Shown one piece after another: positions 1 through 9,751 of a stretch of 64,000 nt of DNA. The notes under the pieces were generated by a model. The model searched no databases, was not told the DNA's origin, and saw nothing but the letters and a program-made list of their open reading frames with translations. Numbering within the stretch: the stretch's first letter is position 1; every line of letters starts with the position of its first letter. The stretch is from Methanobacteriota archaeon (GTDB lineage: Archaea > Thermoplasmatota > Thermoplasmata > SG8-5 > JAGLSY01), in NCBI GenBank assembly GCA_020697715.1, contig JAEHCO010000001.1, forward strand, positions 512,001 to 576,000. Direction: 5' to 3'. Both the position numbers and the translations under genes were made by a program.

Positions 1-862
1 ATACATAACCCTGGTTTAGCAGATCTTTCAGATCCAATCCAGTTCCCTGATAATATCTGAGGAACATTCCTTTCTTCCCCAAATCCTGTGTCCTTACCTC
101 ACACCAGGTGAGCATGGCCAGTGCAGTCTCTTCCTTCTCAGCCACCAGTAATTTCAAGATCGTGTTCATACTACCATCTATGAGCTCGTACGTGTGTAGT
201 ATGAGATGGTTCGGGAAGCCTGTCCCATCATCGAATTCCCACATCTCGCCCAATTCATGATCCTCCGTGGCCAGTATCTCAGCCGAATAGTCCAGGCCAC
301 GTTCTATCTTTCCCCATGCTGGCCTGAGCCTTGGAATATCTTCCTGCCCTATCTTTCTCGCTACCAATGAGCTATCTGAATGGCCATTTCGTGTTTCCAG
401 ATCTTTGAAAAGGACATAAGATAGCTTTTTTGGCTTGAAGCCATATTTTGTGTAAAATGCGATATTCTTAGAGCTCCCAGCCATTGTTTCCAGACCCGTT
501 GTGGAGCATCGGCTTTCATTCAAAAAGTTCATGGCATAATTCACCAATTCCTTACCGATCCCCCTATTCTGATACTCTGGAAGCACCTCAAAGGGGCCGA
601 ACCATCCGACACTGCCCCAGGTGTGACAGATAATAGATCCAATAATTCTACGATCTATCCTGGCCACAAAGCAGAAGCCCCCCTTCTTCGTCATATAGGA
701 TTCGATATTCTTCCGACTCCTGTACAATAGTGGAACTTCCTGCCCTCTTTCTTTCAAAAAATGATCTTGCCAGACCAATGCCTGCATATGCCTCAGCTCA
801 TCTATCTCCTCGTGCTTAAGCTCAGATATTTCAAGTCCCAGCATATGGTCACTCGCCGACAT
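1..862 (-). CDS. GNAT-family N-acetyltransferase (3' end runs off the window)
   Basis: Not in the ORF track. Manual translation of the minus strand from ATG 862 (or 844) gives MSASDHMLGLEISELKHEEIDEL...FVARIDRRIIGSIICHTWGSVGWFGPFEVLPEYQNRGIGKELVNYAM...NIAFYTKYGF, which has acetyl-CoA motif A (QxxGxG) and the FY..xGF motif. Confidence 0.8.
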   Translation of the reverse strand, partial: MSASDHMLGLEISELKHEEIDELRHMQALVWQDHFLKERGQEVPLLYRSRKNIESYMTKKGGFCFVARIDRRIIGSIICHTWGSVGWFGPFEVLPEYQNRGIGKELVNYAMNFLNESRCSTTGLETMAGSSKNIAFYTKYGFKPKKLSYVLFKDLETRNGHSDSSLVARKIGQEDIPRLRPAWGKIERGLDYSAEILATEDHELGEMWEFDDGTGFPNHLILHTYELIDGSMNTILKLLVAEKEETALAMLTWCEVRTQDLGKKGMFLRYYQGTGLDLKDLLNQGYV

Positions 863-1167
863 CTATTGATTATATGTACAATACTCGCAAATGTTCCCAA
901 GGGTGGGTTGAGATGACATTCCGTGCGTGCCAACCCATCTGTCACATCTACCATGTTGTGCTGGTTCTAATCCTAATTGACAACCCATATTTTTTTCACC
1001 AAACACTGTAATTCAAGGATGATATTTCAATCTTTGGCCTAGTTTTCCTCTTTTTTGGCGTAAAAACCATGGCCAGATATAAAAAATAATGTATTATTAC
1101 ACTCAGTTAGTAATATATATAAAAAGCTCTTTGTCCTCCTACTTTCCAAGGCAAAAGGTGTTAGTAA

Positions 1168-1596
1168 ATGGCAAGAGGATTGAATACTGCAAGGAAACTG
1201 AAGAACGACCGACAGAAGTTCCGCTGGAGCGACAGAAAATACAGGACCAGGGTAGAGCGTCTCAAAGAGAAGGCTGATCCCCTGGAAGGCTCAGCTCAGG
1301 CTAGAGGCATAGTTCTGGAGAAAGTGGGTATAGAGGCCAAACAGCCTAACTCCGCTATCAGAAAATGTGTCAAGGTCCAGCTTATTAAAAATGGTAGGCA
1401 GATCACTGCTTTCGCTGTAGGTGATGGTGCTATTAATTTTATTGATGAACATGATGAAGTACTCGTGGAAGGAATCGGCGGTAGGATGGGTCGTTCTTAC
1501 GGTGATATTCCAGGAGTTAGATTCAAAGTTATCCAGGTTAACAGCGTGTCTCTTGATGAGATGGTACGCGGTAGAAAGGAGAAGCCAGTTAGGTGA
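1168..1596 (+). CDS. rps12: 30S ribosomal protein S12 (uS12, archaeal type)
   Basis: [11 protein letters not shown]...[21 protein letters not shown]...[10 protein letters not shown]; first gene of the str operon. Confidence 0.98.
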   Translation: MARGLNTARKLKNDRQKFRWSDRKYRTRVERLKEKADPLEGSAQARGIVLEKVGIEAKQPNSAIRKCVKVQLIKNGRQITAFAVGDGAINFIDEHDEVLVEGIGGRMGRSYGDIPGVRFKVIQVNSVSLDEMVRGRKEKPVR

Positions 1597-1601
1597 TTTA
1601 T

Positions 1602-2597
1602 ATGGCCGATGATATTAAGACAGAAGAGAAAAAAGAAGAGGCTGTTGAGGCAAAGCCAAAGGTAGAAGAGGCGCCAAAAGCAAAGCCTGTTGCCAAACCA
1701 GCTCCTGAGTTGAAACCAACTCCTGAGTCCAAGGAAGAACCTAAAGTCGAAGTAAAGGAAGATGCTCCTAAGCCGGAACCTGCCCCAAAGCCAGCTGCTA
1801 AGAAGAAGGCAGAGCCCAAGGCTGATGAACCAGCTCCTGAGTTGAAACCAACTCCAAAGGTCAAGGAAGAACCAAAGGAGAAGCCCGAGGCAAAGAAGCC
1901 AAAAGCTAAGCCTAAGGCAGAGCCCAAGACCAAAGAAGAACCTAAGGTTACTGAGCCGGCTGCCGAGGGAGAGCCAAAGCCCGAAGAGGTACCAAAAGTA
2001 AAAGGCCCGAAGAAAGTCGTTGGTCTGCCACCAGAAAAAGTGCTTCTGTTCGGTAAATACAATTTATCAGAAGTGGTCGTACATGATCCAGGTCTTGAAA
2101 AGTATCTCAATATAGATCCTATCATAGTACCACATACTGGTGCTAAGCATGCGAATAAATGGTTTGGTAAGACCAAGCTTCACATCATCGAGAGATTGCT
2201 TAACAATCTCATGAGGACAGAAGAGTTCACAGGCAAGAAAACAAAAGGATACAAGGTTGTCAGGGATGCATTTGATATAATCGAGAAAAGGACCAAATCA
2301 CATCCGGTCCAGGTACTTGTCGATGCATTGGAAAGCTCCGCTCCAAGAGAAGAGGTCACAAGACTGAGATATGGTGGAATATCCGTTCCAAAGGCAGTGG
2401 ATACCAGCTCATCAAGGAGATTGGATATCGCTTTCAGGAATATCTGCAAAGGCGCTGTGAAAACATCCTATAAAAATTCAAAACCAATAGAGGTGTGCCT
2501 CGCAAATGAGATCATTCTGGCCTCAAAGAAGGACATGAACAGCTTTGCTGTATCCAAGAAGGAAGAGCTCGAACGTGTTGCAGCTTCCGCAAGGTAA
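1602..2597 (+). CDS. rps7: 30S ribosomal protein S7 (uS7) with a long K/E/P/A-rich N-terminal extension
   Basis: C-terminal ~190 aa is archaeal S7 (LLFGKY...APREEVTRLRYGGISVPKAVD...KKEELERVAASAR). ATG 1602 follows SD-like AGGTGA; syntenic between S12 and EF-2. Confidence 0.95.
   Translation: MADDIKTEEKKEEAVEAKPKVEEAPKAKPVAKPAPELKPTPESKEEPKVEVKEDAPKPEPAPKPAAKKKAEPKADEPAPELKPTPKVKEEPKEKPEAKKPKAKPKAEPKTKEEPKVTEPAAEGEPKPEEVPKVKGPKKVVGLPPEKVLLFGKYNLSEVVVHDPGLEKYLNIDPIIVPHTGAKHANKWFGKTKLHIIERLLNNLMRTEEFTGKKTKGYKVVRDAFDIIEKRTKSHPVQVLVDALESSAPREEVTRLRYGGISVPKAVDTSSSRRLDIAFRNICKGAVKTSYKNSKPIEVCLANEIILASKKDMNSFAVSKKEELERVAASAR
1696..1855 (+). repeat. 28-bp direct repeat within the S7 extension
   Basis: aaccagctcctgagttgaaaccaactcc at 1696-1723 and 1828-1855, encoding PAPELKPTP twice. 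Confidence 0.9.
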
Positions 2598-2638
2598 TGA
2601 TTCAATAATATACTATATAGAAAAAAGAAGGTATAATT

Positions 2639-4840
2639 ATGGGACGTAAAGAAGATAACATAAAAAAAGCCCAGGCACTGATGACTCAACACGAGCAGAT
2701 CAGGAATATCGGAATAGCCGCTCACATAGACCACGGTAAAACCACATTGAGTGACAATCTCATCGCCGGGGCTGGCATGATGTCAGAAGAACTAGCTGGA
2801 AAACAGCTTTTACTGGACTTTGATGAGCAGGAGCAGGCAAGAGGAATCACTATCAATGCTGCCAATGCTTCCATGGTTCACGCATATGGTGACAAGGAGT
2901 TCCTTATCAACCTTATCGATACACCTGGCCACGTGGATTTCGGCGGGGACGTCACAAGGGCAATGAGGGCTGTTGACGGTTCCATCGTTGTGGTTTGCGC
3001 TGTTGAGGGTATCATGCCCCAAACAGAGACAGTTATCAGGCAGTCACTGAAAGAAAGGGTCAGGCCACTTCTTTTCATCAATAAGGTTGACAGGCTCATC
3101 AATGAGTTGGAGGTCACCCCAGAACAAATGCAGGAGCGTTTCATTAAGATCATCAAGAACGTTAATGACCTCATAATGAAGATGGTCCCTCCAGAGTTCA
3201 AGAAGGACTGGGGCCTCAAGGTGGATGATGGCAGTGTTGCCTTTGGTTCTGCTTATCATAACTGGGCGATATCCGTACCTTTCATGAAGTCATCTGGCAT
3301 CAGTTTCAAGGACATTTACGATTACTGTGCCAAGGACGAGCAGAGAGCGCTTTCAAAGAAGGCGCCCATACATCAGATCCTTCTGGATATGGTTATCGAG
3401 CATTGCCCAGACCCGATCGTTGCGCAGAATCGCAGGATACCAAATATCTGGCACGGAGACATAGAGTCCAAGGTAGGCCAGAGCATGATGAAATGTGACG
3501 GTAAAGGACCTGTCGCTCTCATGGTGACCAAGATAGTTATAGATCCCCACGCGGGAGAGATAGCCATTGGGAGAATGTACAGTGGAAGTATCAAGAGAGG
3601 ACAGACATTACATGTTCTCGGTATGCCAAATCCAAACAGAGTGCAGCAAGTATCACTCTGTGTAGGATCTGACAGGATAGCGGTCGATGGCATTGACGCA
3701 GGTAATATCGTCGCTGTCAACGGATTGAAGGATGCCATTGCTGGTTCAACAGTTTCGGACGATCCAGAAATGGATGCTTTCGAGAAGATCGTGCACTACT
3801 CAGAACCTGTGGTCACAGTCGCTATCGAGGCAAAGCATATGAGAGATCTTCCAAAACTGGTCGATGTGCTCAGATCCGTTGCAAAAGCAGATCCATCTAT
3901 TCAAGTTGAGATCAACCAAGAAACTGGAGAACACTTGATGTCCGGTATGGGAGAACTTCATCTTGAGATCACAGAATACAGGATAAAGAATGAATACGAT
4001 GTGGAGATCCAGTCTTCACCACCTATTGTTGTTTACAGAGAATGTATCGATAGAGAAGCAGGACCATTCGAAGGTAAATCACCGAACAAGCACAATAGGT
4101 TCTTCATGACAGTATCACCTCTCGAAGAAGAGGTCGTAAAGGCGATCCGAGAAGGTACCATACAGGTCGAAGGCAAGATCAAGGACAGTAAAGTATTGGG
4201 TGCTCAGCTCCAAGAAATGGGCATGACGAAGGAAGAGGCCAAAAAGCTCGTTGTCTTTGAAGGATCCAATGTACTGATAGATGGATCAAAGGGTGTTCAG
4301 TACCTCCACGAGACCATGGAATTGTGTAAAGAGGCCTTCAAAGAGGCCATGAACCGTGGCCCACTGGCCGAGGAAAAGGTCATGGGAGTGAAGGTCAAGC
4401 TTATGGATGCGAAACTTCACGAGGATACCATTCACAGAGGTCCGGCCCAGGTAATTCCAGCTGTAAGACAGGCGATCTATGGTGCAATGTGTGTTGCAGG
4501 TAGAACCCTTCAGGAACCAAAACAGATGGTATACGTGAGTGTACCACAGGATGTCATGGGAGGCGCAACCAGTGAGATGCAGCAAAGACGTGCAGTGATA
4601 GAGGACATGGAACAGGATGGAGATCTGACAGTGATCAAGTCCAAAGCTCCAGTCGCCGAGATGTTCGGCTTCTCCAATGATATGAGAAGTGTAACAGGTG
4701 GAAGAGCATCCTGGTCTACTGAGAACTGTGGGTTCGAAAGGATACCCAGAGAATTGCAGCAGGACGTTGTATCCAAGATAAGAACGCGAAAGGGGCTCAA
4801 ACCTGAGCCCTATGATGAGCACTACTATTCATCAGCATAA
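2639..4840 (+). CDS. fusA: Translation elongation factor aEF-2
   Basis: [19 protein letters not shown] and NKVD GTPase motifs; diphthamide loop [11 protein letters not shown]. Confidence 0.98.
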   Translation: MGRKEDNIKKAQALMTQHEQIRNIGIAAHIDHGKTTLSDNLIAGAGMMSEELAGKQLLLDFDEQEQARGITINAANASMVHAYGDKEFLINLIDTPGHVDFGGDVTRAMRAVDGSIVVVCAVEGIMPQTETVIRQSLKERVRPLLFINKVDRLINELEVTPEQMQERFIKIIKNVNDLIMKMVPPEFKKDWGLKVDDGSVAFGSAYHNWAISVPFMKSSGISFKDIYDYCAKDEQRALSKKAPIHQILLDMVIEHCPDPIVAQNRRIPNIWHGDIESKVGQSMMKCDGKGPVALMVTKIVIDPHAGEIAIGRMYSGSIKRGQTLHVLGMPNPNRVQQVSLCVGSDRIAVDGIDAGNIVAVNGLKDAIAGSTVSDDPEMDAFEKIVHYSEPVVTVAIEAKHMRDLPKLVDVLRSVAKADPSIQVEINQETGEHLMSGMGELHLEITEYRIKNEYDVEIQSSPPIVVYRECIDREAGPFEGKSPNKHNRFFMTVSPLEEEVVKAIREGTIQVEGKIKDSKVLGAQLQEMGMTKEEAKKLVVFEGSNVLIDGSKGVQYLHETMELCKEAFKEAMNRGPLAEEKVMGVKVKLMDAKLHEDTIHRGPAQVIPAVRQAIYGAMCVAGRTLQEPKQMVYVSVPQDVMGGATSEMQQRRAVIEDMEQDGDLTVIKSKAPVAEMFGFSNDMRSVTGGRASWSTENCGFERIPRELQQDVVSKIRTRKGLKPEPYDEHYYSSA

Positions 4841-4902
4841 TAGCTAAGAAAAGAATATATATTAAATAGATATAGGGACAGAAAACCATTGGAGGAAATA
4901 AA

Positions 4903-6174
4903 ATGGCAGAAAAACCGCATTTAAACATAGTCTTCATAGGACACGTGGACCACGGAAAGTCGACCCTTGTAGGTCGTATGCTCCTGGACACAGGTACTAT
5001 CGAGCAGCATATAATCGACAAATACAGAAAGGAAGCCGAAGAGAAAGGCAAGGCAAGTTTCGAATTTGCCTGGGTCATGGACGGCCTCAAGGAAGAAAGG
5101 GAAAGAGGTGTGACCATAGATGTGGCTCACAAGAAGTTCATGAGCGAAAAGTACTATTTCACAATCATTGACGCACCTGGTCACAGGGATTTCGTCAAGA
5201 ACATGATAACCGGTACCAGCCAGGCAGATGCCGCAGTGCTGGTCGTTGCCGGACCTGAAGGTGTCATGGCTCAGACAAAAGAGCACGTTTTCCTTGCAAG
5301 GACATTGGGTGTCGCACAGCTTATTGTCGCCATCAACAAGATGGACGCAATTGGCTATGATGAGGCCAAATACAAGGCGGTCGTTGAGGAAGTCACAAAG
5401 CTGGTCAAGTCAGTTGGTTACAAGGATGACCAGGTGAACTTTGTTCCAGTCAGTGCTATCAAGGGCGACAATGCAGCAAAGGATCCTGGCGAAATGGGCT
5501 GGTGGAAGGGCAACACTCTTCTGGGACAGCTCAATGATCTGAAAGAGCCACCAAAATCCACAAATCTCGCACTTAGGGTTCCAGTTCAAGATGTATATAC
5601 CATCACAGGTATCGGAACAGTTCCGGTCGGCAGGGTGGAGACAGGTACATTGAAGCCAGATATGAAGCTCGTCTTCATGCCATCTAATAAGGTCGGCGAA
5701 GTAAAGTCGATCGAGATGCACCACGAAATTTTGCCAAAGGCAGAACCAGGTGACAATGTTGGATTCAATGTTAGAGGAATAGGAAAGAACGATATCCGCA
5801 GAGGGGATGTCGCTGGACCAGTGGATAGCCCACCGTCTGTGGCAAAGACCTTCACTGCACAGATCATGGTTCTTAACCATCCGTCGGTTCTGACAGTCGG
5901 TTACACACCAGTGTTCCACTGCCACACAGCTCAGGTCGCATGTACCTTTATCGAACTTCAGAAGAAGCTCGATCCAAGAACTGGTGAAGTGAGCGAAGAG
6001 AACCCGCAGTTCCTCAAGACCGGAGATGCAGCAATAGTCAAGTTGCAGCCGTCAAGACCATTCGTCATTGAGAAGGCAAAGGAATTCCCACAGTTGGGAA
6101 GATTCGCCATCAGAGACATGGGTCAGACCGTTGCAGCTGGAATGTGCATAGATGTAGAAAAGAAGGAGATGTAG
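4903..6174 (+). CDS. tuf: Translation elongation factor aEF-1alpha
   Basis: [37 protein letters not shown] and [10 protein letters not shown]; GGAGG SD upstream. Confidence 0.98.
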   Translation: MAEKPHLNIVFIGHVDHGKSTLVGRMLLDTGTIEQHIIDKYRKEAEEKGKASFEFAWVMDGLKEERERGVTIDVAHKKFMSEKYYFTIIDAPGHRDFVKNMITGTSQADAAVLVVAGPEGVMAQTKEHVFLARTLGVAQLIVAINKMDAIGYDEAKYKAVVEEVTKLVKSVGYKDDQVNFVPVSAIKGDNAAKDPGEMGWWKGNTLLGQLNDLKEPPKSTNLALRVPVQDVYTITGIGTVPVGRVETGTLKPDMKLVFMPSNKVGEVKSIEMHHEILPKAEPGDNVGFNVRGIGKNDIRRGDVAGPVDSPPSVAKTFTAQIMVLNHPSVLTVGYTPVFHCHTAQVACTFIELQKKLDPRTGEVSEENPQFLKTGDAAIVKLQPSRPFVIEKAKEFPQLGRFAIRDMGQTVAAGMCIDVEKKEM

Positions 6175-6198
6175 GGTCTCCTTCCCTTTTCTTTTTTT
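6162..6198 (+). terminator. Hairpin plus U-tract overlapping the tuf stop codon
   Basis: gaaggaga-tgtaggg-tctccttc followed by ccttttctttttttg. Confidence 0.55.
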
Positions 6199-6216
6199 GT
6201 TTGACGGGGTGTATGT

Positions 6217-6534
6217 TTGTCTCAAAAAGCAAGGATCTCACTTAGTGGCACTGACCCTGAGAAGGTGGACAGTGTCTGTATCCAGATAAAAAACATATCT
6301 GAGAGAACAGGCGTTGCCATGAGTGGACCAATACCATTACCAACAAAACGCCTCATAGTTCCATGTAGGAAATCACCAGATGGTGAGGGTTCCGAAACAT
6401 GGGAACGCTGGGAAATGCGTGTGCACAAGCGCCTTATAGATTTGGATGCGGATGAGAGAGCTCTACGCGCTCTTATGAGGATCCAGGTGCCAGATGGCGT
6501 GAATATCGAAATAATACTTAGGACCAGAGACTAA
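6217..6534 (+). CDS. rps10: 30S ribosomal protein S10 (uS10)
   Basis: KARISLSG...[10 protein letters not shown]...[25 protein letters not shown]; TTG start after GGGGTG. Confidence 0.97.
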   Translation: MSQKARISLSGTDPEKVDSVCIQIKNISERTGVAMSGPIPLPTKRLIVPCRKSPDGEGSETWERWEMRVHKRLIDLDADERALRALMRIQVPDGVNIEIILRTRD

Positions 6535-6543
6535 GTACATTTG

Positions 6544-6576
6544 ATTTTAAGGGTTCGAATTTAGAACCCTTAAAAT
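6544..6576. terminator. 13-bp inverted repeat between convergent genes
   Basis: attttaagggttc-gaattta-gaacccttaaaat. Confidence 0.6.
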
Positions 6577-8699
6577 TTCATTTTTAATTCATTAGCTTCA
6601 GCCATATTCGGATCCATTTCCAGAACTATATTGAGAAAGCTGATCGCTTTCTTCATCTTACCCATTTCGAAATACACTCTTGCTTTACCAAGCCAGCCCC
6701 AAATATAATCCTCATCTATGCCCAAGATATGATCATAGGTGTCCAATGCTTTCTTATGATCTCCATTCATGAGATCTATTTCAGCCATAAGCTTCCAGGC
6801 GGGTAGCCAATCACCTTCCCGCTCAAGTGCTTTTTCCAGAGATGCCAAGGCACCTGTATTGCTCCCCATTTTCATCTCCACCTCCGCCTTCGTTGTCAAG
6901 GCAGAGGGTCCGAGTCCTTTTCTGGCGAAGCACACCATGGCCTCCTCATATCTTCCCATATCTGCAAGAAGTCTGGCCTTCATTATGTGGACTTCCTCCA
7001 TTTCTTCGCCATCTTCACTTTTTTCGAGGCTATTGGTGAGTGAGATCAATGCCTTTTCATTTTCTCCAAGGCCATGAAGGGCTCTTGCCTTGAAGTACAA
7101 TATCTTACTGCCAATACCTTCACCTGGCATTTCATCGATCCATTCCAGTAATTCATCATATTCCTCGAAGGATATCAATAATTCCGCTTTCTTGATGATC
7201 AATTTCTTTTCATCATTGGCCGATAAGGCCTGGTCATAGCATATCATCGCCCTCTCGTATCTTTTGAGAGTGCTCAAGAGGCCTGCTTTATTCTCAAGAT
7301 TGGTGATATCCATATGATCGTACATCAGAAGATTGTCCACTATATTGAGAGCTTCTTTGAAACTTATCTCAGCCTCTTCATAATTTCCCATCTCCTTGAA
7401 TATCTTGCCTCTATCGACCCATGCCTCGATGAACATCGGATTGAGGATTATGGAATTGTTGATGGCATCAATGGCCTCCTCATTCTTCCCTATCCAGTGC
7501 ATGACCTCTCCTTTCGCATGCCATGAATGGTCATAATTGGGATTCAGCTCCAGGGATTGGTTCATAAGTTCCAATCCATAATCCATATCGCCCAATTTAG
7601 CAAGACCGAATCCTTTTGCGTAAAGAGCGTAATCAAAATCAGGCTTGAATTCCAGAGCCTTATCATGATATGGCTGAGCCTCTGCATATCTCGCCATTTT
7701 ATCCAATGCATTTCCAATATTGTTCCAAGCGATCTCATAGCCAGGCGATACTTCTATTCCTTTTTCAAAATAGGGGATAGATTCCTCCCATCTATCAAGG
7801 TTGTACAATGCATTTCCAATATTGTTCCAGAGGACCTCATCTCTCTGATCCATCTTCAGAGCCTCTTCATAACATTCGACAGCCTCTTCCAGCCTTCCAA
7901 TGCCATGATACGTGTACCCTTTATTGTACCAGGCCTGTTTGTATCGGGGATTAATGTCAATAGCCATATCATAGCTTTTCAATGCTTCATTATGAAGCCC
8001 CAGCATGAAAAATGTAAATCCTTTATTATTCCAAGCTTCCTCACTTTGAGGATTGATGTCAATGGCCTCATCATATGATTCAATGGCCTCCTCGAACCTT
8101 TCGAGATTGTAAAGGGTATTACCCCTACCATTCCACGCCTCTTCATTATCTGGATCCAGCTCCAAAGCCACATCATAATGCTCCAATGCGGCCTCAAAAT
8201 CCCTCTGCGCATCCAGTAATAGACCCTTTCTCATCCAGGGCCCGGGAATATCTGGATCTCGTTCTATTATCTCATCATAAAGCTCCAATGCCTCATCCAG
8301 TCTCCCAAGGGACGATAATGTCAATCCTTTATCATAATAAGCATGCATGTATTCGGGATCGATCAAAATGACCTGGTCATAGACTTCAAGTGCTTCATCC
8401 AGTTCTCCCAGATAGGTAAGGGAATTGGCCTTATTGTACATCGCGATGGAATATTCTGGTGTGATGGCCAGGGCATTGTCGTACATGTCTATGGCCTCTT
8501 CATGTCTCCCAAGGGCATCCAGTGCCACCCCGTAATTGTTGAAGAGCACATCATTATTTTTTAGTGTTTCCGAGGCCTTTTCGTAATATTCTATCGCCTT
8601 CTGGTAGTTTCCATATTCGGACAGAATATTCGCTCTTATGAAATTCTCATCCTTCTCTTCATCGTCTTGTTGGATGTGTCCTGCCGGAGGGTCTTCCAT
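6570..8699 (-). CDS. Tetratricopeptide-repeat protein
   Basis: Many tandem 34-aa units such as AWNNKGFTFFMLGLHNEALKSYDMAIDINP; no catalytic domain seen. Confidence 0.92.
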   Translation of the reverse strand: MEDPPAGHIQQDDEEKDENFIRANILSEYGNYQKAIEYYEKASETLKNNDVLFNNYGVALDALGRHEEAIDMYDNALAITPEYSIAMYNKANSLTYLGELDEALEVYDQVILIDPEYMHAYYDKGLTLSSLGRLDEALELYDEIIERDPDIPGPWMRKGLLLDAQRDFEAALEHYDVALELDPDNEEAWNGRGNTLYNLERFEEAIESYDEAIDINPQSEEAWNNKGFTFFMLGLHNEALKSYDMAIDINPRYKQAWYNKGYTYHGIGRLEEAVECYEEALKMDQRDEVLWNNIGNALYNLDRWEESIPYFEKGIEVSPGYEIAWNNIGNALDKMARYAEAQPYHDKALEFKPDFDYALYAKGFGLAKLGDMDYGLELMNQSLELNPNYDHSWHAKGEVMHWIGKNEEAIDAINNSIILNPMFIEAWVDRGKIFKEMGNYEEAEISFKEALNIVDNLLMYDHMDITNLENKAGLLSTLKRYERAMICYDQALSANDEKKLIIKKAELLISFEEYDELLEWIDEMPGEGIGSKILYFKARALHGLGENEKALISLTNSLEKSEDGEEMEEVHIMKARLLADMGRYEEAMVCFARKGLGPSALTTKAEVEMKMGSNTGALASLEKALEREGDWLPAWKLMAEIDLMNGDHKKALDTYDHILGIDEDYIWGWLGKARVYFEMGKMKKAISFLNIVLEMDPNMAEANELKMKF

Positions 8700-8872
8700 G
8701 GATGGTGATATGTATGTTTGGATATAAAATAATTTGATGAATTATCAATAGATCGAGAATTCTTGATTCTTTCCATTTAGAGTTAAAATTCGATCGGAAC
8801 CAGTACTAAATAATATGTCATTTTTTAAATTCACAGCAATCATACTTAAATATAGATATACAGTAATGGGGG

Positions 8873-9751
8873 TTGATGAGAAAAACAAGAACCGACAAGT
8901 TAGGAAACATATATGAAACTCCTAAAGGTATCTTGGTCGCAGTGGGGGGAAACGAGGATAAGGAAAACGATTTAGATGTTCTTAGAAAAATAACCAAACT
9001 TACAACTAAAAAAGATCCAATTATTGAGATAATCACCACAGCCACAAGCACACCGAATAAAACTGGAGACGCGTACCTCAATGCTTTTAAGAAGATAGGC
9101 ATAACCAATACCAACCTTCTTCATATTAGGGTGAGAGACCAAGCAAATAGCATTGAATATCTTGAGAGGATCCAGAAGGCCGACATAATATTTTTTACAG
9201 GCGGCGACCAGCTCAAGATCACCAGCATACTTGGAGGCTCTCCTATTCTTGAAGAGATCAAAAGAAAATACTTCAATGAAAAATGTGTGATCGCCGGAAC
9301 AAGCGCAGGGGCGTCCGCAATGTCGGATACCATGATATATGGCGGTGAGAGCCATGAAGCCCTATGCAAGGGTGTGGTCCAGATGACTGGTGGTGTGGGC
9401 CTGATAAAACATATGATAATTGATAGTCATTTCATAAAAAGAGGCAGGTTCAGCAGGTTGATGGAGATAGTCTCTTCAAACCCAGGGTATATCGGCCTGG
9501 GCCTGGGGGAAGATACAGGAGTTATAATTCGGGATGGACACATATTGGAAGCTATCGGCACCGGTTTAGTAGTGATATTTGATGGCTATGGAATAAAATA
9601 TACAAATATCTCTTCTTTAAAAGATGGGGAAGCAATTGCGGTTGAGGGTGTTCTTGTCCACACACTTGGAAAGGGCCATGGATTCGATACCTTGACAAGA
9701 GAATATCTGAAACCATCTGGACTTAAAAAGTCCCTGAGGTCAAATGCATGA
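8873..9751 (+). CDS. cphB: Cyanophycinase (peptidase S51)
   Basis: LVAVGGNEDK, FFTGGDQ, GTSAGA (catalytic Ser), IIDSHFIKRGRFSRL, GLGEDT; 4-bp ATGA overlap with cphA. Confidence 0.93.
   Translation: MMRKTRTDKLGNIYETPKGILVAVGGNEDKENDLDVLRKITKLTTKKDPIIEIITTATSTPNKTGDAYLNAFKKIGITNTNLLHIRVRDQANSIEYLERIQKADIIFFTGGDQLKITSILGGSPILEEIKRKYFNEKCVIAGTSAGASAMSDTMIYGGESHEALCKGVVQMTGGVGLIKHMIIDSHFIKRGRFSRLMEIVSSNPGYIGLGLGEDTGVIIRDGHILEAIGTGLVVIFDGYGIKYTNISSLKDGEAIAVEGVLVHTLGKGHGFDTLTREYLKPSGLKKSLRSNA

Noticed and set aside
1598-2176. Antisense ORFs over S7 and other genes
   Set aside because: Shadow frames of well-supported genes, with no independent motifs.
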